From Minutocellus sp. GHC0000111 (taxonomy: Eukaryota): a stretch of 64,000 bases of DNA. Within the stretch, counting starts at the first letter, position 1. Every line of letters starts with the position of its first letter. Location of the stretch: assembly GCA_977018835.1 (NCBI GenBank), contig OZ361257.1, positions 1,550,001-1,614,000 on the forward strand. The letters are read 5' to 3'. The notes beneath the pieces were generated by a model, which worked only from the letters and a program-made list of their open reading frames with translations, was not told the DNA's origin and did no database searches. Position numbers and translations under genes: made by a program. Shown here piece by piece: positions 48,567 to 60,427 of this stretch.

Positions 48567-49631
48567 CTACAATTTCGATTCAATATACCGAGCGTACGCA
48601 TTCCTGAATTCATTCAGAGCTGGTTCAAGCTCCTTTTCCAGCAACTTCTGTATACTCTTGCTCCCCTGTCTCTCAAACTTCGCCACATCCACACCGGGCA
48701 GGGCCTTGATGCCCTTCTGCGGAATTTGAATTCGGGTCTCCAATCGAGCTTCCGTCGTGAAGATGATCTTGTCGCAGTCCACACCACCGGCATTGTTGGC
48801 TCGAACCCGAGTAAAGCTCGAGGTCGTATCACGAAACCGTGTGAGCTTGTTGAATAACCAAACCAAAGGTGCTGCTCCCTCGGGGATGAGTTCGGATTCC
48901 AACAACGTAAATTGATATTCTGGAAGACCAGCATCCAGATTGCAGCTGGCTCCATCTCCTTCTTCACCATCTCCCGACTGTTCAAGTATAAGCTTGGCGC
49001 CAACAATGTTTATCGTAAGAATCTTGAGGCCTGGCATAGACAAATCGGTCTTGATACGGATGATACTCTCATTTGGTCCAAGCCCCATGCTGCCATCGAT
49101 ATGATCCAGTTCCACTCCGCCCCCAAGCTTAAGTTCCGATGACCAACGGCACATCATCTCATTTGTGGGGTTCCGTATAGTGCTCACATCATTGCGAAAA
49201 AACAAAAGATTTCGAAACCTCTCTTGAAGGAAGAATTCTTGCACGTCCTTGCTGCGGGTGAATGGTACCGGTGACGTTGTCACCACTTTCTCTCCCAAAA
49301 AGGACATTTGAACCATATCACTTCCACTGGAAACATCGTCGCCGCTCGTGGATGCAGTGGTATTCCTCCTCTTTCTTCGTCGGCTGAAACCGGATCGTCT
49401 TTTACCCTTGACGTCATCGGCGTCAATAACCTCAGCGGGAGAAGATTGCTGCAGTGGTGAAAATCGCCCATGGCATCGAGATGCGCATGTACTAGTGGAT
49501 GCAGATGGCAGCAAGAACGCCTGAGCATGATTGCCGGTCTGACTCAGCGAGATGGAGGTGGCATAGACCAACAAGAGCACGCCGAGGCGCGAAGTTGTCG
49601 GTCTGCAATGATAAGAAAAAGGTGGCGGCAT
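48567..49631 (-). CDS. Probable plastid-targeted hypothetical protein (possibly DUF1997/START-like)
   Basis: Bipartite presequence ...HAQAFLLPSAS; intact 354-aa ORF. Confidence 0.7.
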   Translation of the reverse strand: MPPPFSYHCRPTTSRLGVLLLVYATSISLSQTGNHAQAFLLPSASTSTCASRCHGRFSPLQQSSPAEVIDADDVKGKRRSGFSRRRKRRNTTASTSGDDVSSGSDMVQMSFLGEKVVTTSPVPFTRSKDVQEFFLQERFRNLLFFRNDVSTIRNPTNEMMCRWSSELKLGGGVELDHIDGSMGLGPNESIIRIKTDLSMPGLKILTINIVGAKLILEQSGDGEEGDGASCNLDAGLPEYQFTLLESELIPEGAAPLVWLFNKLTRFRDTTSSFTRVRANNAGGVDCDKIIFTTEARLETRIQIPQKGIKALPGVDVAKFERQGSKSIQKLLEKELEPALNEFRNAYARYIESKL

Positions 49632-49865
49632 CGAATATTATCAGAACGCAACGAAAAAGAGGTTCTTGCGCGGGCTTTATTACTATTATTCTTGGCAAAT
49701 TCGGCACAGTGCAATCAATGCAGTAAAAAAGTGATGGGTGCACGGGTCGCGGTTGTTGCTTGAGTTCGGCTCGGCGAACGACGGACAGAGCGACGACTGA
49801 ACGATACGAAACGAACGACGAAGAATTGCAGAATTCATACCCATCCATTCATAAAGAAGACGACG

Positions 49866-50201
49866 ATGCTACGTTCTCTTGCATCGGAAGCCACCAGGCG
49901 GTGTCGGCCGCTGCCGACTAACCCTCTCGCTGGGGGGATTCGACGAAGTATCGCACAGATTGACGGTGCTGCTGAGCGTGCCCACCTTCTGCATACAGCA
50001 GCAGTGGGCACCATGCGACCGGCCACGACCACGTGGCGTTCACTCCCACTCTCCCACGGAAGTAGTGTCGCAGCCAGTAGTGCTCCCTTCTCCTCGGTAG
50101 CCCTGGAAGAGGAGATGGAACCAGCCGCAGTGGAATCAAATCGAACCAATATCTTGACTTTTCTATTACATGTTGTAGTTCAGATAAAAAAAGAGACTTG
50201 A
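49866..50201 (+). CDS. 5' fragment of a gene with a mitochondrial-type transit peptide, apparently truncated
   Basis: MLRSLASEATRRCRPL...RSLPLSHGSSVAASSAPFSSVALEEE, then an abrupt change to AT-rich sequence at ~50135. Confidence 0.4.
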   Translation: MLRSLASEATRRCRPLPTNPLAGGIRRSIAQIDGAAERAHLLHTAAVGTMRPATTTWRSLPLSHGSSVAASSAPFSSVALEEEMEPAAVESNRTNILTFLLHVVVQIKKET

Positions 50202-50297
50202 GTTTTACAAATGTATCTAGAAATTTCTATTACACATAATTTATTCTCGCTCTACTAGTAGATATTCAATCGCATTCTACACATGCACGCCCAGAAT

Positions 50298-52908
50298 TCA
50301 CTTTCCATACTCAATATTCATCTGCTTCAGATAAGCAACATACTTGGAAGGATGGACTAGATCGAATCTCCTGCTAATCTTTGGCCCATCGGCATCGCAT
50401 TCGATGAGTTCGACATTGTCATTCTTCTCGGGAGATGAATTCAGCTTGCAGACATTCCGAGTGACACAAAGTCCATCCTTGGCAGCCGGTCGAATGGTCC
50501 CGTCATTTTTCAACTGCCAATGCTGTTTGTTTTTGCTTATCATGTCCTCATTGGTGATCAATTTCTTGCCCGCTTTATTCTGCTCGGGCTCGATAAAAAT
50601 GTGAGGATTTTCCACCGATCGCCAGCGCATGCCTTGTTCTTCCCTCTCAAAGGTAAAATGCTCCTCGGCATTGTCAAATTTACAAGTGGAGACGACCATG
50701 TCTTGGAGTTCTAGAGAGTCGTACGCTTTGATGCAGTACTCAGGATCTTCTCTGAGAACAATCATGATGACATCGTCCCTGTCGATACCCTTTCCGTAGT
50801 CTCGTTGCATCCGATAGTCTTTCACAGATGTCGTGTCGAAGCCTTGATCGCTCTCGCCATTGCACTTTCGAAGGCAGAAATCCCCGCAATCGTTACCACC
50901 AGAACATTCGTAGTTCTCACCGAAGGTGCACCTGTCGCGGCAGCTAGATGAGATGCAAAGACCTGGTTTGCTGACTGGAGATATTTCGCCGCTATTCTGA
51001 TCATAAGTCCACTCTTGGTTGAGATTATCTTCGTCACATTCTTGGAACATGTCGATACAGGAGTTCTTGGCCATGTTGTCGTCTTGGACGGCCATGCAAA
51101 CAGATTCATCACTACGATATTTGATGCGCACAGCTCCTTCATTATTTCCACCTACATCATCAAAATAGAATATCTGGGAGTTGAATCGTCTTGGAATTGT
51201 CATGTGGCAGTATCCATTGAGGAGGAGGCCCATGTTCTCGGTAACATCGCGCTCCCAGCATCTGTCGGGATCGTTTCTGCTGACAAACAAAAAGTAATCT
51301 CGCTTGGGATAGGTGACACGGTCCGCTTCGTCCCTGGAACAAACGTCGTTAGGAATGATCGTCCAACCAATCTTTGCAGCCTGGGACTCCGTGCACCCTT
51401 TCTTGAGGATGGTCCATTCGGTATCCTTCTCTCCCACACAGAGCAAGCCATGCTCCTCTTTCCAGAATCCATTTGATATCTCAGAGAACCCCTTCTTGTT
51501 GTACCTCCACGACTGCCGGTTGGAGTAGTCATCACATCGTCCCATCCTTGGGATGAGCCCTCTCTGATCGCCACGATAAGGGCTGACTTGATCTTCGAGA
51601 TCTAAACAGAGAGTGAGATCTTTCTTCGACCTGATCTTGAACATCCCACCAGCTTCTATACCATCGCCGTCGAGAAAGAATAACTCTTCGTCGTCTACCT
51701 CATATTTTTCATCTCTGCACTCCACTAGATCCACTTCTGTCCCACGATCAATAGCGCGAAGGCACAGTGGTTCTGATGAATCGCTCGATGTCAGCCTTAG
51801 CTGAACGTAGTCCTCTGGCTTGATGTCGTCTGGTGCCTGGGGTGTACCTTCTTCGTACTGTTCCACTGGGACCAAAATAAAGCCGGAGCGTAATTCACCT
51901 GACTCGCATCTATCATTGAACGCAAACAATGGCCCGAAGGGTTCACCGTCATACCAGCCCGAACTGTAACTGAGACAGCACCCACCCCTAAATATGCCCT
52001 TGTTGGCATTGTATCCATACACCAATTGCCGAGATGTGGGACTCCAAAGTACGTCGTCGTCTTCTGAATAATACCAAACAAGAGTTTCGTCTTTTTTGTT
52101 GCAATCCTTCAATTCCAAGTCCGGCGTCGACGCAACGCACGTGCTTGGATCGTGCTCCGAAGTGATTATGACGCGCCTCTCGTCTCCGTCGAGGCTGGGC
52201 CGATCTGGCTTCGGTGGATCGCGATAATCTTTCGGCTTGACCACATCCCAATTGGTTCGTAGTGATTCAGCCGCAATCGCGAATTCAAGGCTGTGAGATT
52301 CACTTTCACAATTGAACCACTGTGGAGATAACGCCCGGCCTGCCTCTGTTGCGATGGGACCAGCGGCAGCAGCGCCAGGGTCGGTGCCATCGCCAGGTAC
52401 AGATACCTTCTGATCGTCGAATTCTCCACATTCCTTGAGCTGTGCACTTCGATAACCAGACCCACCGACGAGATTGGTGATGCACATGCCACTCTTCCTT
52501 CTGCTTTCGATTCTCGTGTGCGATTTGGATGGACTGGATATAATCCACTGCTGTTCCCTGTCGTTAACATCGCAGGGTCTGGTCCGTAGGCCGAGGATTT
52601 CCACATCGGGCTTGTCGGGGCTTTTGATCCAACCTGTTACCTCATATGCGAGGCAGTAGTTGGTGTGAGGATCGCCAAGATCATCGTCAGAGGTGCTGGG
52701 GCGCATCACAAACATGCTCACCATTATCGACATTATTGTCCCCAAGCATCCGGCTCTGCTCGAGGCGATGTATGTGATGTCCTCGGATGTGCTGCTGCTG
52801 ATGGCTTCTTGCTGCTGTGATCTTCTGGCTGGCAGTGGCGTCATCGCTTCTTCCCGCCCCCGCCACGACCCCAAGTGCCGCGGCTATTGCGACGAATTTC
52901 ACTGCCAT
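50298..52908 (-). CDS. Secreted multi-ricin-B (beta-trefoil) lectin-repeat protein; frameshift at ~52700
   Basis: Signal MAVKFVAIAAALGVVAGA; repeated C...L..C....Q.W units (EQQW, RQSW, NQEW, KQHW). Confidence 0.8.
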
Positions 52909-53587
52909 ATCGACTGCGTTGTGTGATAATATCATTCGTTTTCCTCATCTCTCTTTTGTGCCATGTTGTTGCATCCGATTCGGTTTGTTATTCGTGCCAA
53001 ATCATCCTCATGCCCTTGCAATCGCAAGCCAAAGCAATAAAGGCATCCAACTTGAGGTATCGGCATCGGCGCGGGGGCGGCGCTTCGCATCACAATGTTG
53101 TTTCTGAGACGTCAAGATGATGAATTTTTGCCTTCGAGCGCGATTTGCTGATTGTCTGATGGTGAGCGAGCGACGATATGCGACGATGCATGCATGCGTC
53201 GAGCCGCGGACCAGTATCGAGGACAAAGCCTACTGTACTGCTGAAGACTGCGAATAAGAGGCACCTTCCCCTAAACTGTAGTTTGAATACGTGAAATCAA
53301 CTCGCGATCGAGGTGAGTGACAACGCGGTGGAATCGATCGGCGGTAGCGGTGGCAGTCGGTCCTTGGTCGCACGTGAGGATACGCTCGCCCCCGCCCAAA
53401 GATTTCGTGTGTCATGTTTTGTTCTCGGAACTGACTGAATGAATCATTTGCTCCTGCACTTCTGCGTTCCATCGGCGGATCGTATATTATCACTTCATTC
53501 AGCTGAATTGAATTGATTCCATCGAAGGATATTTCTGGAGGTGCGCTGGGCTAGGAGGCCAGCAGGCAGGAGCAGGCAGGGACCAGC

Positions 53588-56500
53588 ATGCCCCGCATGA
53601 TCAATCAGGATGCCGCCGCCAGTCGGCGGAGGCCAGGACCGAGTGCCGGCGGAAGCGGGAGGCGTACACCCCAGCCGCAGATGACGAGCAACAATAACAA
53701 TATGCAGCACCCTAACAGCACGGTAGGCGGAGGCGCCGCCGGCGGTGGGGTGTTTGCGAACGGCACGAGTAGTGCGAATACAGCCGGTCCGGCACGGACT
53801 GGCGGGTACGGCTTGGGCCTCAGCGGAGGCAATGCTGCTGCAACAGCAGCGGGAGGGGGTGGAGTACGCGGCATCGTCGATCCGATGGTAGATGCGCATC
53901 CTCGAGAGCAGCAGCAGCGTCAGAACAATGTCATGGTCCAGAATGTTCTACAACAGTACCAGCAGCAGACCGCCTCTGAGCAACTATTGGAGCAGCAGCA
54001 GCATCCCAGTAACGGCAGATCACAAGAGGGACCTCCGTCCGTGGTCGAGTTTGGACGGGGTGGGACCGATGGTTCCACAGATGGATGTTACGACAATCTG
54101 GAATTCACCCAGCTCACGCAGGACAGCACCTTCTCCCTCCTGGGGAGGATGGACGATGCCAATGCCAATGCCGAGGACAATACAGGTACAGGTAGTCAGG
54201 AGGCGAGCGGTCCTACTAATAGTCAAGAGCAGGAACAGGACCAACAGGTACGAGTAGCCCCAAAGATACCGGCGCGGGAAGACGACGATTCCTCAGCAAC
54301 CATGGCCGCCAACAACAATAGCCAGCAAGGGTATGATAAGAATGTGGAGGAGAATGATAACGAGAACGAGGATGATGAAGAAGATGAGGACGAGGATGAG
54401 CTGTCCATTGACCTATTGGCCCCATCTCCTCCCAGCAAACGATCGGTTCCGCAGCAGATTCCAAATGATTCCTCAAACGGGAGGCGGGAAGCAGTCATGG
54501 CGGCGACAACTCCCATGGCCAAGAAGAGCAAGAAGGGGAAGAAGTCGGCGGCAGCTGGGCAGACGAGCACCGCACTTGAGGCTCCGGGGTCAGCCTCGTC
54601 GCAATCGACGGCCATATCGCCAGCTACTCAAACGCTCAATGCCCTCTCTCAGATGGATGCCGTCGGCGGTGGCGACTTGATGATGATGTATGGCAAGTCG
54701 GTGGGTGGCGATGATGATGATGACGGCAGTGCTACTACCGATGATGAGGCCACGTGCAACGACGATGCGGTACCTGTCAATTCCAAGAAGAAGAATGACG
54801 ATGGTAACGCCAAATCCACGGCCAAGGGACGATCCGACAAGCCCACGTCCAAGCCTACCAAGAAGAAGGCAGCCCCAGTCAGTTCTGCTTTGCCGCCTAC
54901 AAAGGAGAAGAACAGTCTTACCCCAACGAAAAAGAAGAAATCAGCAGCGTCCAAGCAAACCAAGAAGAAGGTGCCAGGCTCTACCAAATCGGCCGGTAGG
55001 GGTACTGGTTGGATGTCATCAACGTCGGCTTTTGCCAAGGGGGGTTCTGGTACCAGTAGATCTGACCCAACAGGCGACGGTAAGAAGACGGGTCGGCAGG
55101 CCCCGCCGAAGAACAGCAAGAAGAAACGAAGCAATCCTCAAACCGGTGGTGCTATATCCCGAACCGACCATGGGACGCACATTGATCTTCTTATCACCCT
55201 CTCCGAAGAAGGAATGCTCGGATTCAAAGTCAAGCCGATTACCGGTGTCAGTGCCGATATTGAGAGTATGTTGTCCAAGATTGACGATTCGGATCGTCCG
55301 TGCGTGGTTGGTGCTATCAAAGAAGGATCGCAGGCCGATCGGGCGGGACTGAAAGCTAAGGATGCTCTCTTTCACGTGAGCAAAGATAAGCCCGGAAGTG
55401 CTGGCCGATATGCTACAGCGGATGACGCCAAGGAATGGGCCAAACAGGGAGCGTCGCGTCAAGTCATCTTTATTGCAAGGCGATTCAACACTGAAATGAA
55501 GGATGGGCCTGGACTGGATCTTCTTGGTTTTGGTGGATCCATTACAACGGAAGAGGAGGTGGCTGACGGTACTGGCAGAAAGAATGAACCTCCAAGGAGC
55601 AAGAGTGACAACAACAGCTATGAAGAATCAAAGAAAGCTACTTCGAAAGCTCCAAGAAGAAATGTGGATGAGAATGATATCGGCCAAATCCAGAGCAGCC
55701 CAGAGTCGTCGAAGGAAGAAGAAAAGGTCTACACCTTCCAGGGAAAGACGTACAAGACGTATTCTGATATGGTCAAAGCCAAGCGAGCTCGTAATATGGG
55801 AATTCTTCAGGATATTGGTCTCATAGATGTTGCCGCGACTATTCGTGAGGGTGATGCTGCAAAGAGTAAAGCAAAGAGCGACAAAAAGAGGAAAGCCAAA
55901 TCCAGTGATGAGAATCCTGCCAACCAAGCGAGGAGAAAGTCCAGCAGGCTTGAGAAGAATGATGAAGACTCCGACGACGATGATGAAGGTGGGCTCTTGC
56001 CAGATTGTAACGCATGCAAGAAGGAATGTGCTCATGACAACGAGAGTACTAGCAGTGGAAGCAACGCCCTTGAACACCATCCTCTGTGTCCTGAACGCTC
56101 TGATCACGTATCCTCCGGTGCAAGGGCTCAGCTGAAACAAATTCGCCGCACCTTGAAACGATGCAATTGTCCAGCGTGCAAATGGTACCTCAAACATCGA
56201 AAGGAGGGCACGCATAATGGAAGAGCCCACAATCCCCTTTGTGAGAAAAGCAAATTGTACAACTCAAATGCTTCTGGAAACGCGAAGGGGACTAGCCGGC
56301 GTCTCGTTGTTACCTTTTGCAGGCGTTGCAACGGAGAGAGAGGGGAGGGTGCTCCCCTCGAGCATCACGTCTTCTGCCCATCTCATCCCGACTATGAGCG
56401 ATTTGGCGCCAAGGCAAAGCTTGAAAGGATCCAGCGGAATGCCATCGAGAATGGATGTGAAGCTTGTAGCTTCCGTTTGGAGAATGGTCGTCCAGACAAG

Positions 56501-59500
56501 AGTCTCGCTCATGGAAGCAAATGCGACTACAGTACCGAGGAAAAGACATACGAAGGTGCCAGCGAGAATATCGTGGCCGGGGCCCAATCTGGATCTTCGG
56601 TGCCTGACGCCAACTCAAGAGAATCAATAATTGAGGGGCTTCGCCGAGAGGGAGCAAAGGGAGACTGCAAGAGGTGCAAGGAGGAGCTTCGAACCGGCAA
56701 GAAGGCCTCAGGGGCCCATAGCAAAAGTTGTCCTATGCGCAACGACCAAGGGCTACGTCGTATCGGGGCGGCCGCTGGTTGCCTCAAATGTGTCAATGAA
56801 TTGCGAACAGAAAGGAAGGACAAAACTGCTCACAGTCAACTTTGTCCCCTCTCCAAACAATACGGTAGCAAAGTTGCTACTTTGAGCCAGGGCGCTGACG
56901 CCGGTTGCCAAAAATGTGCTGATGAGATTCGGACCGGGACGAAACAGCCGAAAAAAGTGCATTCAAGGAGTTGTCCCTTTTCGAAACATTACAAGAGCAA
57001 GACTAACCAGGCCGACTCTTCGGCTACCACTGCTGCAGAGATTCTTTTAGACATGCGCGACTCGCCAAACAAGAAGCTACCGGCCACAAAGACGATCGAT
57101 ACCGATTCTCTTTCCTTTCATCCCATCTCCGAAATAAACGAGGCCGAGACCGAAGCGGTACTTCTCGGCAATGAATCTACCAATGGTGTCACCAAAGCTC
57201 GAATCACCCCATCGCCAAAGCCTCAGCAGGATCCGAATCAGGGACCACAGCAAAAGGCAGCTGTGGCATTTCCAGAAACGATGGAGGAGTCAGATTTTGA
57301 AGACGACGAAACTTCTACTCTTTGGGAGCAGTGCGGAAATCCATGGGGCGATATCGGAGTTACCGAGGAGGATCATGTAATCATTACACCGTGCAGCGGA
57401 CTGAATCCTACAGAGGTTACGATCGCAAGCTTGGCCTTGCCAACATTTAGTGCCAACCCCTTCGATGCAAGTTCTCCTTATCGACAAACTCATCAGCTGC
57501 CCGAGGTAGGAGTTAGAGCCTTGAAATTGAAGAGGGATGTCATGGCGATGCAACCTTGGGGACTATCATTCAAGCGACACGAATTTGGAGGGGCATGTTT
57601 GGTGACCTCCGTAGATCCAATTTCCCCAGCCGCCGCTGCTGTAAGTTTTGCTACTGTTATCAAACGTTTTGGAAGATCATGCATTCAATTATTTGTCCAG
57701 CATAACTAATCCTTCTTTCCTATTGAACACATAATATATATTCGCAGGAGGATATCGGAGGAGGACGCAATGGTCGGGGGCTCCAAGTAAATGATATGGT
57801 TCTAATGGTCAACAGCAAGTCAGTCGGTGATATGACAGAAGATGATCTGGAGGTAGAATTAGAAATTTCTGGCGAAAAATTGACCCTTGTCATTTCTCGG
57901 TACAACGGAGGTCCTATGAAGGGACAAGCTCACGACGACGAAAGCGCAAAAGTCGCCGAAAGTTGGCATGAACTGGACAAGGGCGCATTTGATTGGCAGG
58001 AGTTGGGTCCTGGGTCAATGTGCACCCAGCGTGGGTCTGTGGCCACACGAATAGCGCCACAATCATCAGCAACTGACCGATGCTTTGATTCCTCCCCCAA
58101 GGATACTGGAGGCGGAATAGCCCCGGACGCCGACGTGTCAAAATTGAGGCGAGAGACTTTCCGTACGCAGCCGAACCACGATGATCATCCTTCCGCTCAT
58201 CCGCACGAGGAGAAAGCTACACACACAAACGACGAACAGGCAGAGAGTTCCACGAAGTCCAAGCCTCATACGAATGGCCCCATATTGCCAAGAGCCGAAT
58301 CGGAGAAGGATGATGCGTCAAGTCGCAGCAATGAATTTCCTGTCGGTGCTGGTGGAGGCACCAGGGAGGATTCGAGCCAAGCGGAGAAAATCGATACCTC
58401 TCGACCTAGTCCTCAAGGCGATAGAGAAGAGTCGACCGATGGTGGTGCTGAAGCTGCACCTGGTCTTAGTCTGAGTAGGATCATGGCCGACTTTTCTATC
58501 TCTACTACCAGTAAGAAGAAACGGAAACATGAAGAGGGGGGACACAAGGGCCCAAGCGACGAAAAGGGCACTCCCAGTACCACCTCCACGGACATCCGTG
58601 CCAGAGAGGTGATCGCTGAGTGGAACGCCGAAGGAGGTGATGGTGATGACCCCGAACTTGGGTGCATTTGTGGTGATATCCATGAAGAACCGGAGCCAGT
58701 ATTTTGGCTGCATTGCGACACCTGCGAATCCTGGTACAATAATAGTGTCCGATGCCTCGGCTTTGACCAAGAGGCTGCCAATAAGTTGAAGGAATGGACT
58801 TGCGCTTCCTGCGGAGGCAAACCGGCAATTCCACACGAAGGAACGAACAAGAAGGTCTCAGATGAGAATGATGATGAAGACGACGACGACGACGATATTC
58901 TACCAATTGTGTCGCGGGTCAATGTCCTTGTTGGAAAAGATCTTTGGAAGGGCACTATCCATAGAGTAGGAAGGAAGCATGGCGACGTTTACTACCGCGT
59001 CAATCTTGACGGCAATCGCAAATCAACTCTTACCACAGTCTTTTCCCACGATATTCACAGTCTCATTACCGAGCCAGAGGTTGACAAGCAAGACGAACAG
59101 ACCGATCGATGTGATAGCCCTCCCAAGAAAGATGCCGATGATGCCGGAACAAGAAAGCGTCCTTCTGATGTTGCGTTTGGTAATGATTCTGACAGTGAAT
59201 CGGATCAAGAACCCCCACCAAAGAAAAAGAAGGTGGGCAAAACGGAGCCTCCAGCCAATTTATCGAAGTCTAAAAAGACCTCTGTCGGAGATGAAGATTC
59301 TGAAGAAAGCGAATTCGTCATTACAGAATCCGAAGCACTATTCCTATCAGGTAATATTGGCAACCAGAAGGTACACAGTGGCCTCGGTGCTGGGTCGGAA
59401 GAGCAATTCATGGCTTCTGATGACGAGGAAAGTCAGTCTATGAAGGTTGATGCTGTTGGCTCGACTTTCGAAAGTTCCAACGATAAAACTCCCAATGCAA

Positions 59501-60000
59501 AGGCGCAAAGCAAGCCAAAGCCGTTCAAGAAGCCCATCTTTGAAACTATCGAAGAAATTGACGAAGATATCATTGAGTTCAAGGATTGTGGTAAGATTGA
59601 AAGGAGACGAATTGACTGGGATCACACACCAATTTCAGTGAGAGTTGCTGATCGCAGCGCAGGAACAAATAGTGGCAATAAACTGGGCGGCGTGGCTAAA
59701 GTGATGGGTCGCCGGGGAAGCCGATCCGAGAACAATCTCGTTTATGATGTACGTTACGTAATTGGAGCCAATCGAGAATTCGACGTGAGCTGGCGGTATG
59801 TCGTCCTCAATTCGGCTTTTGATAGTGCTTGCAGTGGTGATGGCGGCGACAATGGTCGTAGCAGTTCTCGTCGCTCGAGGAAATCAAAAGGGCCCTTTAC
59901 TGAGCCGTCTGTCTCCAAGAAAGGCAGTGAATCTCCAATCAAGGTGAAAGTGAAGCTCTCGACTCTACCTCTTGACAAGGGCGGTATCCATGGCTACTAG
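53588..60000 (+). CDS. Very large chromatin-type protein with PDZ-like domains, a CxxC...HxxxC repeat array, a PHD finger and a Tudor-like segment; 2 exons
   Basis: Intron 57641-57747; PDZ-like MLGFKV...GSQADRAGLK and PWGLSF...VDPISPAAAA...LQVNDMVLMVN; PHD GCICG...WLHCDTCESWY...C...WTCASC. Confidence 0.8.
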
Positions 60001-60427
60001 ATCTAGCTAACTTTATTCCTAGGAGAGCAACTCAGAGCCGAAGGGACTTCGCCCTACTGTAATCCATACCAAATGGTACAGTACCACCAGCCTGGTCAAA
60101 TCTCCTTGGAGCTCTTTCAACTTTTCTACCGTACGAAAATATTGATAAATTAGCATCAATGGCATCTCAAACTTCAGTCTCTACAATCGAATTATAGCTG
60201 TATCGGTATGAAACTGGGGGTACATGTAAATGATGCAGTTCAATGGAGTGACTGGCCCTGGGCCGTGGGGCCGGCCGCCTGTGAGCAGACGGGATCAAAT
60301 GCTGACGAGACAGAAACCCGCTCCAATTTGCCAAAGTCAAACCGTGACCACTCATATTTCTCTCTCGACTGAGTCATGACATGGTGAGGATGAGGTTCGC
60401 CGTCGCCTGGTCCTATCGGCTTCTCGT

